From: Guillardia theta CCMP2712
Taxonomy: Eukaryota; Protista; Cryptophyta
Reading direction: 5' to 3'
Assembly (NCBI RefSeq): GCF_000315625.1
Contig: NW_005434599.1
Span: 184,851-248,850 of the forward strand
DNA length: 64,000 nt
Shown here: in pieces, positions 10,010 through 24,300 of the stretch
How the letters are laid out: each line of letters opens with the position of its first letter
Numbering within the stretch: position 1 is the stretch's first letter
The notes under the pieces: model-generated
The model's input: only the letters and a program-made list of their open reading frames with translations
Databases searched by the model: none
What the model was told of the DNA's origin: nothing
Program-made: the position numbers and the translations under genes

Positions 10010-13000
10010 TCACAGGCTCTGAGCATAAGAAACGAGAAACTCGGCGAACTCGTGCAGCAACTCGTCGCTCCTGACATGTGCTGACGTCACTCGACATCCT
10101 GCGGCAGCTCGCCCTTCACCTCTCCTTGCTCGGCACCTCGTTGAGCATCGTGTGGGCCTCCATGAGCTTGTCATCCTCCTCGTTGGCCTGCAGCAGTTGT
10201 CAGGCCTCCTCCTCCTCCTCCTCTTCCCTGTTGCTCAGCACCTTCTCCAGCAGGCAGGATGCTTGCTGTCGCGTCAGGATGCCCTGCAAGAGGAGGGAAG
10301 CTGTCAGTGTCCTCGAATGTGATCACTGCCGCTCGCTCGTAGTGTAACTCGGGCCTCACCTGAGCCTCGAGGGCCCAGAGGAGGTCGAAGAGGTCTCGTT
10401 CTCCCTCCACCGCACCTGCTCGGAAGGAACTGAGGTCTTTCACGTCACTTTCCTGTTCCTCCCCTTCATCTGGCCCTGTCAAGAGCGGCCTGCGAAGGTT
10501 CCCTCCTGGCTCAGCCTCTGCTGAAGGCACCAACTCCCGCCGCCCTTCCCCGTCCGGATCCCCGAAGACGTCGGGCCCGGTCTCTCGGCCGTCGTTCTCG
10601 TACGTCACCATGAGCATGGTCCCGTTGGTCAACGTCATCGGCGGTTCTCTCAGCTCGAGCTGCTGGATCGAAGCGTTGAGCGTCGAGGTGAGCCTCCCTC
10701 CTGAGATCGGAGAGATCTCGCTGATCATACACGACATTCTGAGTTTGCGCCCGGGACGGGAGATCACTGCAAACCTGCTGGAGTCGGAGCTGGAGGAATC
10801 TTGGTCGTAGTCATCCAGGGGAGGTTGATAGACCTGCCGGGGTCTATCCTGCCTACTCCTGCTGCTCCTCTCCTCCTTGTCGGGCTTGTCAAGCATGCAA
10901 GGTCGAGGAGGCAACCACCTTCGTCGGAGGTCCTTCAATCATCTTCATCCGCCCCAGCAGTCGCCGAGCTGCCGCCTGAAGAATCTGCGTCACACGAGGG
11001 CAGCACTAGGAGGAGGAGGCGGAGCGGCAGGGGCAGATGAAGGCATGACCCTCGTCCCACCTGCTGCCACTGGAAGAAGGAAAGCTTCTTTGCGCTGGCT
11101 TCCCTGCGAGGGGAGAGATTTCAACTTGAGGAGGACAGCACGCGGGTACGAAACCGGTCTGACAGTCCCCGACTGATAGAATCTTTCTGACCTCTGTTGC
11201 TGATGACCTGAGGATGGGAGAAGATGGTGAGGGAAGGGAGGGAGTAGAGCGATGAGCTCAACTTGTAGCTGGTTGTGACTGTTTGATGCGATCCAATCTC
11301 TTGCTGACGTTGATCGTCTTGCCACCTGATGCTCGAAAGCATCTCCTAGGTGATCCTGGAAATATTGCTGATGTCCTGAATCCTATCAACCAAGTCAAGA
11401 TTTCAAGCATGAATTCAAAATTCTTGGTGTTGGTGGTGATGGTGATGATTGTCAGACCAAACATTCGAAGTTGTGAAGAGTAAAATCTGCTCACATTCTT
11501 CTCGATGGGAGTCAAGTCTTCGTCGCTGATTTCGGAATCATCTTCCTCCTACATCCATCCATCAGGCAAAGGGAGGATATGCGACATTTAGACCCTTTAC
11601 CGGAATAAGGACAGACCCTGCTTGTCGCCATGCACAACAACACGACCAACATCCCCAAGTTAAAAAAATTTCAAGGGGTTGTGAGCTTGTTCCAACACAC
11701 CTCTGAGGTCGTCGAAGAACTGAACATCTCCGGCATAATCAAGATCAAGGATGTGAATGTCGTCCATCGGTCTGGGAAAACAAACTCGTCGTCACGTTTA
11801 CATCTCAATGTTGTACTTGCCAACCTGTTTCGATCGTTCATACCGCCAAAGATGATAATGTGCTGGTTGCCAACAGCACAAGCTGCAAAGTTGCTAGTGT
11901 AAGAAACGCCAAGAGGAAGAGTCTCAGCGAACGCGTTTTCCTTTCCCACATCACTCCAGCCATCGCTCATTTCAAGGCACCTGAATGTCCCTGCCTCTTC
12001 TCCGGAGCCTCGCCCAGCGGCTCTTGCGTACAGGCGATCCATTCGTCGTTGCAGACGGTGAGTTTGGGCATCAGCGAGTTGCTAGAGAGGCTGGGGGAGT
12101 CAGAACATCTTTCCTGGGAGAGGTCATGGCACGTATCTCATACTTTGAAGGTTCTCTCATTCTCCAACGGTGTGAAGGCTTCTCTTTGACCTCCCTCTCT
12201 CCGTCCTCTTGCAGGCTCTTGGCTAGGAGGACTCGGTCGTTCTTGTCGAAGAGGAAGTCCTGCAGTGTAGCTCAGCAGCCTCACCCCTGTGTGCACTGGA
12301 ACCTACATCTCTCGCTAGCGCTTCTAACGTCTGCAGCCTCTTCATCTTGTTGGACTCCTTCGTCTCAACGAATCCAACGTGCTTCTGCAGGTCCTCTCCG
12401 AGTTTCGCTACACACACAGTCAGCCGCCATGCCGTCTGCTGCAACGCCCTCGTCGCTCCTCTGACCTCTCCTCATGAAACTCTGCGCATACGATTCTGTC
12501 CTCGCATTCATGGCGGAGGAGTGGGCCTTCAGGACATTGTTCGACGAGGAGGAGTGCAACGTGGTTGAGATGCGGTGCTCTGAGGTGTGGAGGGGGCGGA
12601 GGAAAGCAGGTTGAATGCTCATGACTGCGAAGGGAAGTCAGGTAGGGGAAACAAGGCAAAGGAAAGACGACGAGGAATGAAATGACTAGGAAGGAGAGGA
12701 GCGTGCCAATGACCTTGATTTGAACATCTTCGTCCTCTTCTCCCGCCGACCAGAACGACAATGTCACCCGAGCTCTCCTTGCTGTCAACACCATGAATGA
12801 ATAAAAACGAGGGGGAAGATGAAAGAAAGACAAAGAGAAAAGAACTGGAGAAGTTGAGAAGAGAGACCATAGACAGAAAAGGAAAGGGAAGTTTGTTGGA
12901 TCAAATGAGGGATGAGCTCCAAAATTTGACAATAAGAAAGTAGGAGCAAGGAGCAGAAGGAGGACTAAACACTGAGAGTAGAAAGTTGCGAAGAAGAGTC

Positions 13001-13110
13001 CATATTCTCACCGTGGCATGGCGCAGGCTGTGTGGTTAGCAAGTCCTGGACTTTTTAGCTGCAGCATCTCCGCCACCGCAGGGAACTGAAGGTCTTTGAG
13101 CAAGAGGTGG

Positions 13111-13201
<91 letters not shown>

Positions 13202-14837
13202 AGGAGGAGGAGGTGGTGGAGGAGGAGGAGGAGACATCGATCCTGGGATTGGAGAGGAGGAGGGAGAGGAGAGTCACAATTAGCTCACCGATCTCGAGGA
13301 CGACATGTCCGAGGTCATCCCAGCTGGCAGAGGGTTGAGGCCCATAGATGACGCTGGCAGTTGGGTCCCTGCTGGGATGTCAGAAAGTTTGCGGGCTGTT
13401 GGGGTCTACCTCGTATCCTGTGCCAACCCCAGGAGTTGCCCAGCTCCAACACCCACACCTGCAGCAGGGGATGAGGAGGTCGTAGGGGCAGAGAGGTCGA
13501 CCTCGGTGAGGAGAGCATGAGAGCGACTGTCGATGCCTCCCGCGACGATGAGCAGGTTGTAAGTTCCAAGGGTGATCTGCCAACAGGATCCAGTGACACA
13601 CAGCCCATGTCATCAAGATCAAGTTGATCTCCGGCCGTGGGGTGGAGGTGGAGGGGAAGGGAGAAACGACGCACCTTCGTTGCCGAGTGCGAGTACCTTG
13701 GAGCAGGAGGCTGTCCGCTCGTGCGGGGCTCAGCACATCTGCATTCTGTCATCTGGCATCGGTGCGGGAGGGAGGAGGTACGAGTGATCGTCCAAGTCCA
13801 GGAGAAAGAGCTGACAAGCCGACGACGGGGATTGAGTGCTGGGGAAGTCGCCACGTCAGAGACTGACGACCATTCACTCGGGGGATAGGACACACCCAAG
13901 ACTCTCCAAGTCCATCCGATGGTTTTGAACTCCTGGACAGCAGCATGTGAGTTTCTCGTGCAAGTCAACGAGGGAAGGATCGTCAGGTCCACACACCGCC
14001 GAAGATGATGACTTTGTTCCACTGTGTCTTGCTCGTGCTGTGAAAGCCTCGTTCGGAGACTATTGGACCTGCCCTTGCAGCTCTTCCCGCAAGTCGGAAG
14101 ATGCTCCACTTCCAAGTCTGAGGATGGAGAGAGTGAGAGAGGAGGGCTAGACATTGTGCAACCTTCACGCTCAGCACGAAGAGGCTGTCTCGGCAAGCTA
14201 CTTTGTTGGCGTCCAGTCCACCGAGGAGGAGGATCTCCTGCCTTGAGGGCGTGTAGGTGAGCGAGTGCCCATATCGACCGCTCGGGATGGTTCCCTGCAC
14301 AGCAACCTTCCTCCACCTGGTCGGACGTCACATGGCAACAAGAGCATCGAGGTCCCTCCCAACCTGTCTCTCTCAAGGTCGTACTCCCATGTGCAGCACA
14401 GCAGCTTTGAACCCGTCCAACCGCCGAAGACAATCATGTACCGATTGTCGACCACGCAGGCTGCATGGTATGCTCGAGCCTGAGGGAGCATGAAAGAGAA
14501 GGTAAGTTCATCGGGTACAGGGCAGATTCTATATTGACAGTTGGCAACTAGAGGACTATGGGATGAAAAAGAAACGATACAGAAGAAAGGAACAGAGATG
14601 GATTACACACGATCGAGCAGAAGTTTGATCGAAAAACAATTAAGAAGTAAAACTCGCAAGAAGAGGAATCGTCAAGTGCGGTGATGGACGGAGGGAAGTT
14701 GGTGGATGGTCGAGAGGATGAGAGAGGAGGAGAGAGGAGGAGAGAGGACATGCTGCTTGTTTCAGCACCAGAGGCTTCGCCGTCGTCTCCCTGCATGCCG
14801 GTAGCGTCCATGCGACCCGACGAGCTCGACTGGCCAT
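10010..14837 (-). CDS. Intron-rich kelch-repeat protein with coiled-coil insert and long C-terminal region
   Basis: Spliced kelch motifs: KPL/ARAYHAACVVDNRYMIVFGG, PSGRYGHSLT..LLLGG, ERGFHST..IIFG, PAPRYSHSAT..LIVAGG, GLANHTAC..VLVGG, and PEKRQGHS/ACAVGNQHIIIFGG..MDDIHILDL. Exons can be joined through 11500-10010 to ...LHEFAEFLVSYAQSL*. Could be two genes. Confidence 0.7.
13110..13201. repeat. (GTT)n microsatellite, probably intronic
   Basis: Perfect GTT run of about 30 units. Confidence 0.95.
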
Positions 14838-15303
14838 AGCGGCGTCAAACTACCAGTTAGTTAGGATTCTGAAGGTAGGGGGTCAATTTTAGTGGGTGGG
14901 GGTAGTTTTATTGAGTTCCCATTGATAGTGATTTGATGTTTTGGTGGGGTGGGGTACACAAAAATTGTGGGTAGGGGTGATATCAATGGAATGGTGGTGG
15001 GTCATTATTTGATTTTGAACTTGGGTGAGATCCAGTGGTCATGTAGACTCGTGCTTGACTGATGGAGGACGTGAGGAGAGGAGAGGAGAAGAAGAGGAGA
15101 GGAGAGGAGAGGAGAGGAAGGGAGGCGAGAGATAGGATGAAGAGATGAGGAGAGGAGAGGAGAGGAGAGGAAGGGAGGCGAGAGATAGGATGAAGAGATG
15201 AGGAGGAGATGAGAAGGGTTCAACTTTGCACTGGAGTCTGGTAGTTTAAGGTACATCTATTCACATAAAACACGATGCGAGCAAGCCCGCTGCCTTCACA
15301 GCT

Positions 15304-18300
15304 CTAGTCTGCAGAGATGAAGATTGCAGCTCCACACAGAATCCATCGATCCTGCTCATTCACCTTGCACGACATCCTCAGTCGCATCAGGAACTTCGAT
15401 CGATCCGTTCGCTCGTACACCGGCAGCTCAACCATGGACGTGCTCGAGGAATCGTCCTCCCGCGAGGGGATGAAGGCGATGGTGCAGGAGGGGAGGGGGA
15501 CGACGGAGGGAGTGTCGAACTTCGCCTCTGCCAAGTACCCGCCGGAGAAGAGCGCGCCCTGCAGCACGAGGCCTTGCAGGACGCACGTCACGGAACCGAG
15601 CTGGCTCCTGGAGCCCTCCCCCCAGACACACGCCAAGGTGAGCTCGTCAACAGCCACCTTCGTCATCCTTGCCGTCTGAGCTCATGGGGAGAGGAGCAGA
15701 GGCGAGGAAGGAGGAGAGGGGAAGAGACGTACAGGGTAGGAGGAGCAGGAAAGGGATGAGATGAAGATGACAGCCATCAAAGTTAGGGAGAAGGAGGGAG
15801 CGAAATCGTCAGGCGATCAGCAGCATGAGGAAGAGACTTTCCCACCTGCTGCCGGAGGGCGTTGAGGAAGATCTGAGGGTTGAGGAGCCACGAGGGTGAG
15901 ATGGGGGCCGAGAGGGAGTTGCCGGACTTCTGGAGTTCCAGCCAAGAGTCTATCGCCAACTTCTTCTTCACCACCGCCTGCTCAGCTCCAACGTCATGCC
16001 AGCTGCCACTCGCTCCTCTCCTCGACTCACCTCCAGCCACAGCGCTAGCGTCTCTGGACCCTCCCACTGGTCTGACCACTCGTCCAAGACTGTCCCGCTC
16101 GCCAAGCACGTGGCCGCGGACTGGACGGAGGTGGTGAGGAGGTCGACGCCCTTGAGGACTCGGCTGACGGCCTCGATCGTGACGTGGACCAGGCGGACCA
16201 ACTTGTGCGCGTCCTGGGCCTCCATGACGATGAAGCTGTCGACAGGAAGAGACGCGTCATCGCTTCCCTTGGGCGCCTTGAGCACCTTTGGATTGTTGAC
16301 AAGGTTCTGCCAGAGGCTGATGACAGGCTTCAGCTGCGCCGACATCCGCTCGCGATCCCAGCCAGCGAGCTTGACGTCTGCTGTCTCCATCGTCTTGAGC
16401 TGGTTGGCGATCTTAGCGCTGTTGGTTTGCTGCAGCACCCTCTCGATGTTGGGGGGCAGGCCCAGGAGCGAAGGTGCATCCACTTCCGGCAGCTGCTCAG
16501 CCAGGAAATTCAGCAAGGGAAGATAGAAGAGGAGGGAAAGAGGGCACATAGAAGGAGGGGGTGCGGGGAAGGAGGAAAGATAGGAGGAGGGGGTGAGTGG
16601 AAGGGGGGGGGGGGAAGGACAGTAAGATAGAAGGACCGAACCGAGGGGGGAAGGTTGAACAACCTGCTTGATGACGCTGAGAAAGTCAGAGTGAGACGTG
16701 CTGTTGGGTACTAGGATGCCCTTGGTGTTGGGCAGAGGCCTTGCCTGCGACCCTCCGATGTGAATGTTGTCGGAGCGGAAGTACATTTTGAGACAAGCTC
16801 GGAGGATGCGCTGATCGTAGATGTTGTCAATCCTCCCCCCGTAGATCGCGTTGTCCAGCAGACCATGGAGGGTCTCCCACTTCGGGTTGTCTGCGGGGAG
16901 GAAGCGGTCAGATGGGACGAGGGAGCTGACGTTTCTCAGACCCGAAGTGAAGGTGGTCGAGATGATCTCAGCCGTGCTCCTCAGATCTGCGTAGCTGAAC
17001 TCGTGGAACTTGGTCCAGCCCTGAGGGAGGTACGTCCTGCGCTCCTGCACGATGGCATGGAACCAGGCAAGGACGAAGAGGAGCTGGCTCCTCCCCTGGT
17101 TCATCTTCGACACGAACTCTGGAGTCCACAGCGAGTACGCGTTGAGCAGGTTGCGCTTGAGGCCAGGAGGAGCCTCGAACGTCACCTTGACCGACTGCTG
17201 CAAGAGGATCGGCGGGAACCTGCGAGGAGGAGGGGAGGAGAGGTAGGGAAAGGCCCAAAGGAAGAAGCAGAGGAAGCAAGAGGGACGAAGCAGGAGACAG
17301 AAGAGGGAGGAACAGGAGAAAGGAGGGAGGGCAGTAGAGTCAGCACGATTGCACAGCCACCGGCTTCTCCGCACCTTGGGTGGGGTTCTGTTGTCATCCA
17401 GAGGCGGAAGGAGCTCTGGGGTTGGATGGAATGGAGGATTTTCTCGACCACCGGCAGCCACGAGACGACCAGGTGAACGTTCTGCAAGCACAGCCAGGTC
17501 CCCTCGTTCGCGGCCTCGTTCAGCATCCTGATCGCGTTCTCCGCCTGCCCCTGCCCCATGGCGATCTGCCTGTAGTTCCCTGGCCCGAGGATCTTCGGAT
17601 ACGTCAGGGGGAGGCACAGGAAGGGCAGCGGCCAACCTGATCAGCCTCCTGCTCCAGGATGGCCGAGGGGTCCGAGCCCGGCGTGACGATGAACATGATC
17701 GGCGTCCTCTCCGACGTCTCCTGCGACAGCTGCCGGAGGTCCAGCGAGCCAATGTTGGAGCTCTGCACCTGCGCTCGCGCGAAAGGATTCAGCACCACCA
17801 CCACCACCATCACCACCTCTTTCTCCACCACCACCACCTCCTCCTCCTCTTTCTCCTCCTCCTCCTCCCCCTCCCCTTCTCGTTGCTCACCCCCAGATTT
17901 TCTCCCACGAACAACTCCATGGCGCTCTGGAGGCGATCGGGCCGGAGGGCCTGGAGGATGAGCATCCTCTTGAACGCGCGCAGACCGGCCGCTTGGCTCG
18001 GGAACTCCTTGGGCACCTCCGGCTTCACCGAGTTGAACCAGTCGAGCCAGGACTTGCTGTCCTGAAGGTTCAAGCTGGACACGAGGGACGGCAGGGTAGC
18101 GGCGAGGCGCAGGAGGGAGGGAGCGCGGTCAGCAGGTAGCCATTCCGGGGGGTTGAAGCCGGAGGAGCTGGTGTCAGAGACGGTCAGACCGACGAAGAAG
18201 TCCCACTCCATGTCGGCGAACATCTCGGGGTTCATGCCATGGACGAGATGCATGCCGAACGTGAGGCGGTCGTCCTTGAAGAGCGAGCGGCCGACGAAGT

Positions 18301-21300
18301 AGAAGAGGTTGCGCTTGAGGGTGGAGACGAGGATGCGGAGGCGGTCCTCCACCTCGTTAGCTGAGGAGCTAAGAAGGCGAACGAGTCAGCAGGTCAGTCC
18401 GGTCATGTTCCTCCTCCTCCTCTCCTCCTCCCACCCCCCCGCGCCTACCATCTTATCTTATAGCTGAGTCAGCGAAGCTCACGAAAAGATGCCTCCACAT
18501 CTATGTCACCTTTTCACTTGGTCACATCATTGATGAAGAATGGCGTAATCCCTTGAAAAATTTCCAACTTTATGTTCCTTAACAACAAAATACGAGTGAG
18601 AAAAAAAAAGTGGTTTNNNNNNNNNNNNNNNNNNNNNNNNNNNNNNNNNNNNNNNNNNNNNNNNNNNNNNNNNNNNNNNNNNNNNNNNNNNNNNNNNNNN
18701 NNNNNNNNNNNNNNNNCCTCCCTCCCTCCCCTCCCCCACCCCCCCCCCCCCCCCACCCCCCCCACTTCCTCCTCCTCCTCTACCTGTTCTTCAGGGTGTT
18801 CTGGAACTGGAAGATGTAGGTAGGGAGGTCGAACTGGTACATGTAGTTGAGGCTTTTGAGTGCCTGAATGAGGAAGAAGGTCCCTGACGCCGTCCTTGCG
18901 AAGGGCCTGTAGACCTCGCGCTCGTCGTCGAGCTTCAGCTGGAGTTCAGCTGAGTTCCTCAACGCATCCTTGATCTCAATGCTGGAGTTCTTGATGTCAG
19001 TGAGCTTCTGGATCAGCTCCTTGTTCTCCAGCACGTTGCCCTGCGACTCCGCCAGCTGCTGCAGGAGCTGCTTCTCGAGCTCGGAGAGAGACATCTTCAG
19101 CTCCTCCTCCTTCTGCAGCAGCTCGCTCTTCTCCACCTCGAGCTTCGGCTTCTCGTGCTGAATGGTGAGGGCCAGGAGCTGGCTTTCCAGCCCCGACTTG
19201 GTGATGCTGAAGTTGACGTCGGTGATAAGCGGCCTGCCGTCAGGAGGGACCTCGATGGAGGGGTTCCGGGTGATCATGAAGAACTTGAAGTTCTCGTTGA
19301 AGTCGATGAGCTTCTCTCCTATCTGGATCATCCAACGAGGGCCCTGCCGAACCAGGTCCTTCCTCAGCAGCGCGAACATGAAGGGCTCCAGCTTGTCAAC
19401 CTGCGCAGCATCCCAGTGAGCCACCAGCAAAGAATGGAAAGAGAAGGGAGTGAGGAGGAGGAGGAGGAGGAGGAGGAGGAGGAGGAGGAGGAGGAGGAGG
19501 AGGAGGAGGAGGAGGAGGAGGAGGAGGAGGAGGAGGAGGAGGAGGAGGAGGAGGAGGAGGAGGATGTATGTGTAGGGGATGAAGGGGGAGGGGGGCCAGG
19601 TGAAGAGGGGAAGAAAGGGGAGTTCGAGGATCCAAGAACGCTCTCACCTCCTCCATCACAAAAACCCTCCCGAAGCGGACAGACAGCTCGAGCTTCTGCA
19701 GGAACTTTGGGTCCTGCTGGGTCGTGGTCTCCAGAGGAAGCCCGGAGGTCTCCAGCATCGTCCTCAGCCACTTTGCCGCCTGAGTGGAGGGGTCGACGAT
19801 GAGGGGGTAGAGCTGACAGTTCTGGATGACGATGGCGTTCTCTGTCGACAGGTCGTCGCCCGGGAGGCCCTGGGACTTCCACTTGAGTCGCTCAGTCTCC
19901 GTGCTCATCTTGTCGATGAAGCGAAAGTCCCTCAGCTCCATCCTCTGGCACCACTCGAGCAAGTAGCGCGACCGCATGTCCTCCGGCATGCCCCCGAGGT
20001 AGGTGATGAAGGCGGAGGCTAGCAGCACGCTGAGCGGCAGCCGGCCCATCTGGTCGTTGAGGTCCTGCATCTGCAGCTTCCAACGGTCGTTCTCGTCCTT
20101 GAGCTTCCCCAGCAGGTTCTCAGCAGCGTCCAGCCTCTCCTTCACCTTCTTGTACTCAACGCTCAACTCCGCCGCCTCCTTCGTCAGCGTCTCGTACTCC
20201 GAGCTCAGCCTGCTCGCCGTCTCGTCGGCCTTTCTGATCTCCACGTCGCACTCGTTCTTCCTCTGCCTGGAGGACTCGAGCGACTTGTCCAGCTTCTGCA
20301 GCTGATCCTCTAGCGGCTTGACATGCTCTAGAGCAGCGGAGTACTGCACTTGCGCCTTCACCCAGGAGGCGAGGGGAGCCGCAGCCAAACTGACGCGCTG
20401 GATGTTCTCAGAGCGGAAGGAGGCAGCCTTCTGGTGGAGGAGCTCGAGGACTGACTCCCTCACGTCCCTGGTGATCTGCCGCGCGTCAAAGTTGAGGATC
20501 TCTTGGATGACTGACGGTTGAGAGATGAACCTCTTGATGCTAACCCACGACGTGTCCTGGTTGTTCATCAGCCTCAGCACGCCCTCCAGCACGTCTCTGA
20601 TGGACTCGGGCGGGAGTTTGAAGGATCGGATCTCATTCAAGTTGTCTTTCTTGATGTTTCCCACTGCCAGCTTCGCTGCTTCCAGGACGGGCTGGCACTC
20701 GGCCAGTTCGGACTCGACCTTGGCTCTCTTCTCCTGCATCTCGGCCTCCGACACCTTGAGCTTCTGGCTCAGCTCCTCGGCCTCGCTCCGCTTCTGCGTC
20801 GCCTCCTGCATGTTGAGCTTGATCTCCGACATCTTCTGCTTCGCCTGCGCGTCCTTCTCCTTGATCTGCAGCTCCTGGTCCGACGCGTTCTTCGACAGCG
20901 TCTCTACAACATCCCACGTCTCCTCCAACCTGTTCAGCCCTCCCTTCAAGAACGAGGTCTGCCGCTCGAGCTCTCCTCGCTTCACCTCGTAGAGCTTCTT
21001 GATGGTGTGCAGCAGCGTCACGTAGTCCCTCGGGCACACCGGCAGGCTGGTCACGCTCCAGTGCAGGAACTGCATGTTGTCAATCATGGCATCCGCGCTG
21101 TCCATCTGCTCCAACGTATCCTGAAGGAAATGCTTAGGGACGCGGCTCATCCCGTGCTTGGACCAAGTCTCGAGCCACAGGATGGTGCAGCGGGTGTAGA
21201 GGGCAGGGTTGCTCTCGCAACGGAGGAGGAAGTCCGGGTGCAGAGGGTCGAGGCTAAGGAAAATGTGGAGGTTCTTCTGCACCCTGCTGACGAAGAAGGA

Positions 21301-24300
21301 GTAGAGGTTCCTGTACTTGTATCCCTGGCTGCGAAACTCCTCCTGCAGAGGCGCGGTCATGGCGTCGAGCTCCTGCGAGGTGAACATGCCCGGCACCTCC
21401 CCGGAGCTGAGGAGTCCGTTGATGACCTGAAGGAGCGAGCTGTCGACCAGCTGGTAGTCCTCGAGGAACAGCGCGTAGGGGGTCCCTTGCACCCCCGTGA
21501 CCTGCACGCAGACCTTGAGGTCGTTGATAAACTGCTTCATGTCGTAGCCCCGTCCTATCTTGGGGATGAAGATCTCCATCTTGTGCAGGTAGCAGGCGAT
21601 GCTGAGGCAAGTGCGTCGCCCCACCCCGGGCCTGCCGATGAGCAGGCCCGAGCCTCCAGGCTGGGACAGGATGCGGTCCAGCCGAGCGATGCGCTCCACG
21701 ACCTCGGGGAAGAGGACGATGTCGAGCTCCTTGAATTCTCGCTCGTAGAGAGTGATACCCTGCTGGATCACTGCCTCCAGGTCCTCGCCACCGCTCCTTC
21801 CCAGCATTTGGAAGTTCTCGTTCTTCTCGCCTGCGTACAGCCAGGTGGTGAAGAACGTGTTCTTCAGGTCGACCTTGTGGTTCCACTCCGTCCTCAGGAT
21901 GTCGCCCAGAACAGACGAGTCGAAGGATCTCATCGCATCCTCTCCTACCAGTCGGTCCCTGAAGATCCTCTGCGCCTCGTACGCAAGGACATCCAGCACC
22001 TCGTGCGTTGTGATCTCGTACCTCATCAGCCCGATGACGAGGGCAGTGACGTCACGAGGGGTGAAGAGATAGTGCCTGTGCTCGTCCACCACAAACGTGG
22101 TCTTGAGCCTCTCGTAGAACTGGATCAGGGTGCCGGCCAGCCTCTCCACACTCTTCTTGTCCGACCACGTGGGATGTTTGGGGATGTAAGAGGAGAAGAT
22201 GGCTCTGAGGTAGGACGAGTAGACCAGCTGCAGCTGGTCGTTCTCCGGGTACGAGACGGCGGCGACACGCAGGATGGCGGTGAAGCGAGTGGTGAGGTTG
22301 TGCCGTCCGATGGTAGTTGAAGGGTTCATGGAGCAAACCAGCTGGACTCTTTCGATCCCCATCCACTCTAGCCCATCGTAGAACCCTTGGTAGAGAATGA
22401 TCTGTTGGAGGAAGGAGATCAGCTGGATCGTGTCGTACTTGTCAGGCTTGGGGAGGTTGATATCCTTGAGGTAGAGGATCAGCCTCTCTGCCTTGGGGCG
22501 GTACACCCTTCCTGACTGCGAAGTGTTGACGGTGCAGGAGTGCTGCAGTTTCTGGATCACGTGGATCGCCGACGTCTGTGCATTGCAGTTGAGGACAGCA
22601 ACTTCAACGTTGCGGAACTTCTGGAAGTGAGCCCGAAGCATGGTGCTCTTCCCGCAGCCCTCCGGCCCCACCAGCAGGAAAGGCTCGAAATTCTGCATCC
22701 ACGGAGCAAAAACGTCGCTCGTCCTTAGAAGGTCCTTGGTGAGAACAACCGGCAGATCCCGTTCGGTCGGAGAGGACATGATCAGATCCTTGGCTGAGAG
22801 CTCTGAGTCCGTCCTCGCGGCATACTCCGCGTAGCTCTTCGCCTCCAGGTCGAAGTAAGTGTCCAGCGGTCTGTCCGTGCTGATCGGCCGCTCATTCAGA
22901 CTCTCAAAGATCTCCTTGGCCAGGTTCTGCCGCGCGCTCGTCACCAAGATGCTTCCGAGCCCGCGAGACAGCGCGCAGGCGAACTGCTCTCGTAGCTCGA
23001 CTCCTACCAAGGACGACAGAGCATTCAGCGCTATCCCCACCTTGGTTGTCTGCACAACAAACATGCTGGGCGGCTGCAGTAGGACCCAGTCAAGTCCCTT
23101 GTAGAAGGACTGATCGAGCCAGGCGGTCAAGTTGGGCCGCGAGGCCTCGGGCTGCCGGTCTACCCAGGCCTTGACAAGGCAGCTGATCTGCATGTCTTTC
23201 TCGGAGAGGAAAATCATCCCCATCCTGCTGACTGTGGCTGGGGAGGCGAAGCGGAGGTCGTTGGTCTCGAAAATGAAGTTGACGTTGGGCCCGAACCGGA
23301 TCCTCTCCCCACTCGGCATCGTCAGCAGCCTGTTGTCGTCCAGCACTGAGTTGAGCGACTCCACCCACTCGGGGTCAATGTCGCCATCACAGATGATCCA
23401 GCTCCGGACCTCCGGCGGCTCCTTCACCACCTGCCTCGCGCTCGCCGTCAGGACTCCATCGAACCACTCGCGCGTGTCGAGGTCCATGTGCCCCAGCAGC
23501 TGCTGCCTCGGCATGGCCTTGGGGTTCATGGTGTGGATCACCACCTCCTGCTTCAACTTGGCCAGGGCCGAGCGGAGGATGCGGAGGAGGGTCGACTTTC
23601 CGCTCCCGCTGGGCCCGACGATGACGCATCCCATCCTCTGACTGAGGTTCTCGTTGAGCTGTTGGACAGAGTCAGAGGTGAGGGGAGAGCAAGTAAGACG
23701 ATGGCGCTCACCTGAACGACCTTCTTCATCTGTGACGGCAGGAGGTCTAGTTTCATCTCCGCCAGACTTGCCTCGATCGCCTCCTCCAGGTCCTTGTAGA
23801 CAGCGTCGGAGACGATGATGCCGGGGAAGATGTCAAGGATCAGGTCCTCAAACTTCTTGGTATCCTCGAAGGTCAACTTGGCGAGGGTGTTCAGCCTCAC
23901 CGCCTTGATCAGCAGCTCCGTCTCTTCCTTCTGACTGATACTCTCCTTCGTCCTCCTCTCCAGCGCAAACAGCTTCCCGCTGATGAGGAGGATCGTCTTG
24001 AGAGCTCGCAGCCCCCAGTCGTAGTGCTGCTGGCGGCTGAGGAGCTGCCTGGAAAGGGTGAACAGTTCCACCACCTTCGCCCCGATGACGTTGGCGTGAC
24101 GGTAGCCCTCAGCGTACAGGATGACCTCGGCGATGAGCGCGTTGTCGGGGGCCGACATGGCAACAGAGCGGAAGAGCTGCTTCAGGTTGTCGGGGAGCTC
24201 CGAGCGGCCTCCGTATCCCTTCCCAGCTGGGTTGAGGGTGACGAAGATGCCAGAGTCCGGGTTCACGTCGATCTCCGTGCCAAGCAGGTTGAGCTTCGGT

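Noticed and set aside
19396-19647. Poly-Pro, poly-Glu or poly-Ser tails in ORF translations (also poly-Asn/Thr at 13110-13201 and poly-Phe/Lys near 62500)
   Set aside because: Translations of intronic microsatellites; splice sites flank them and conserved protein resumes afterwards.
20518-22320. 600-aa plus-strand ORF, and similar long ORFs at 27202-28362, 36501-38034 and 5917-6756
   Set aside because: Antisense shadows of GC3-rich coding exons; no independent motifs.
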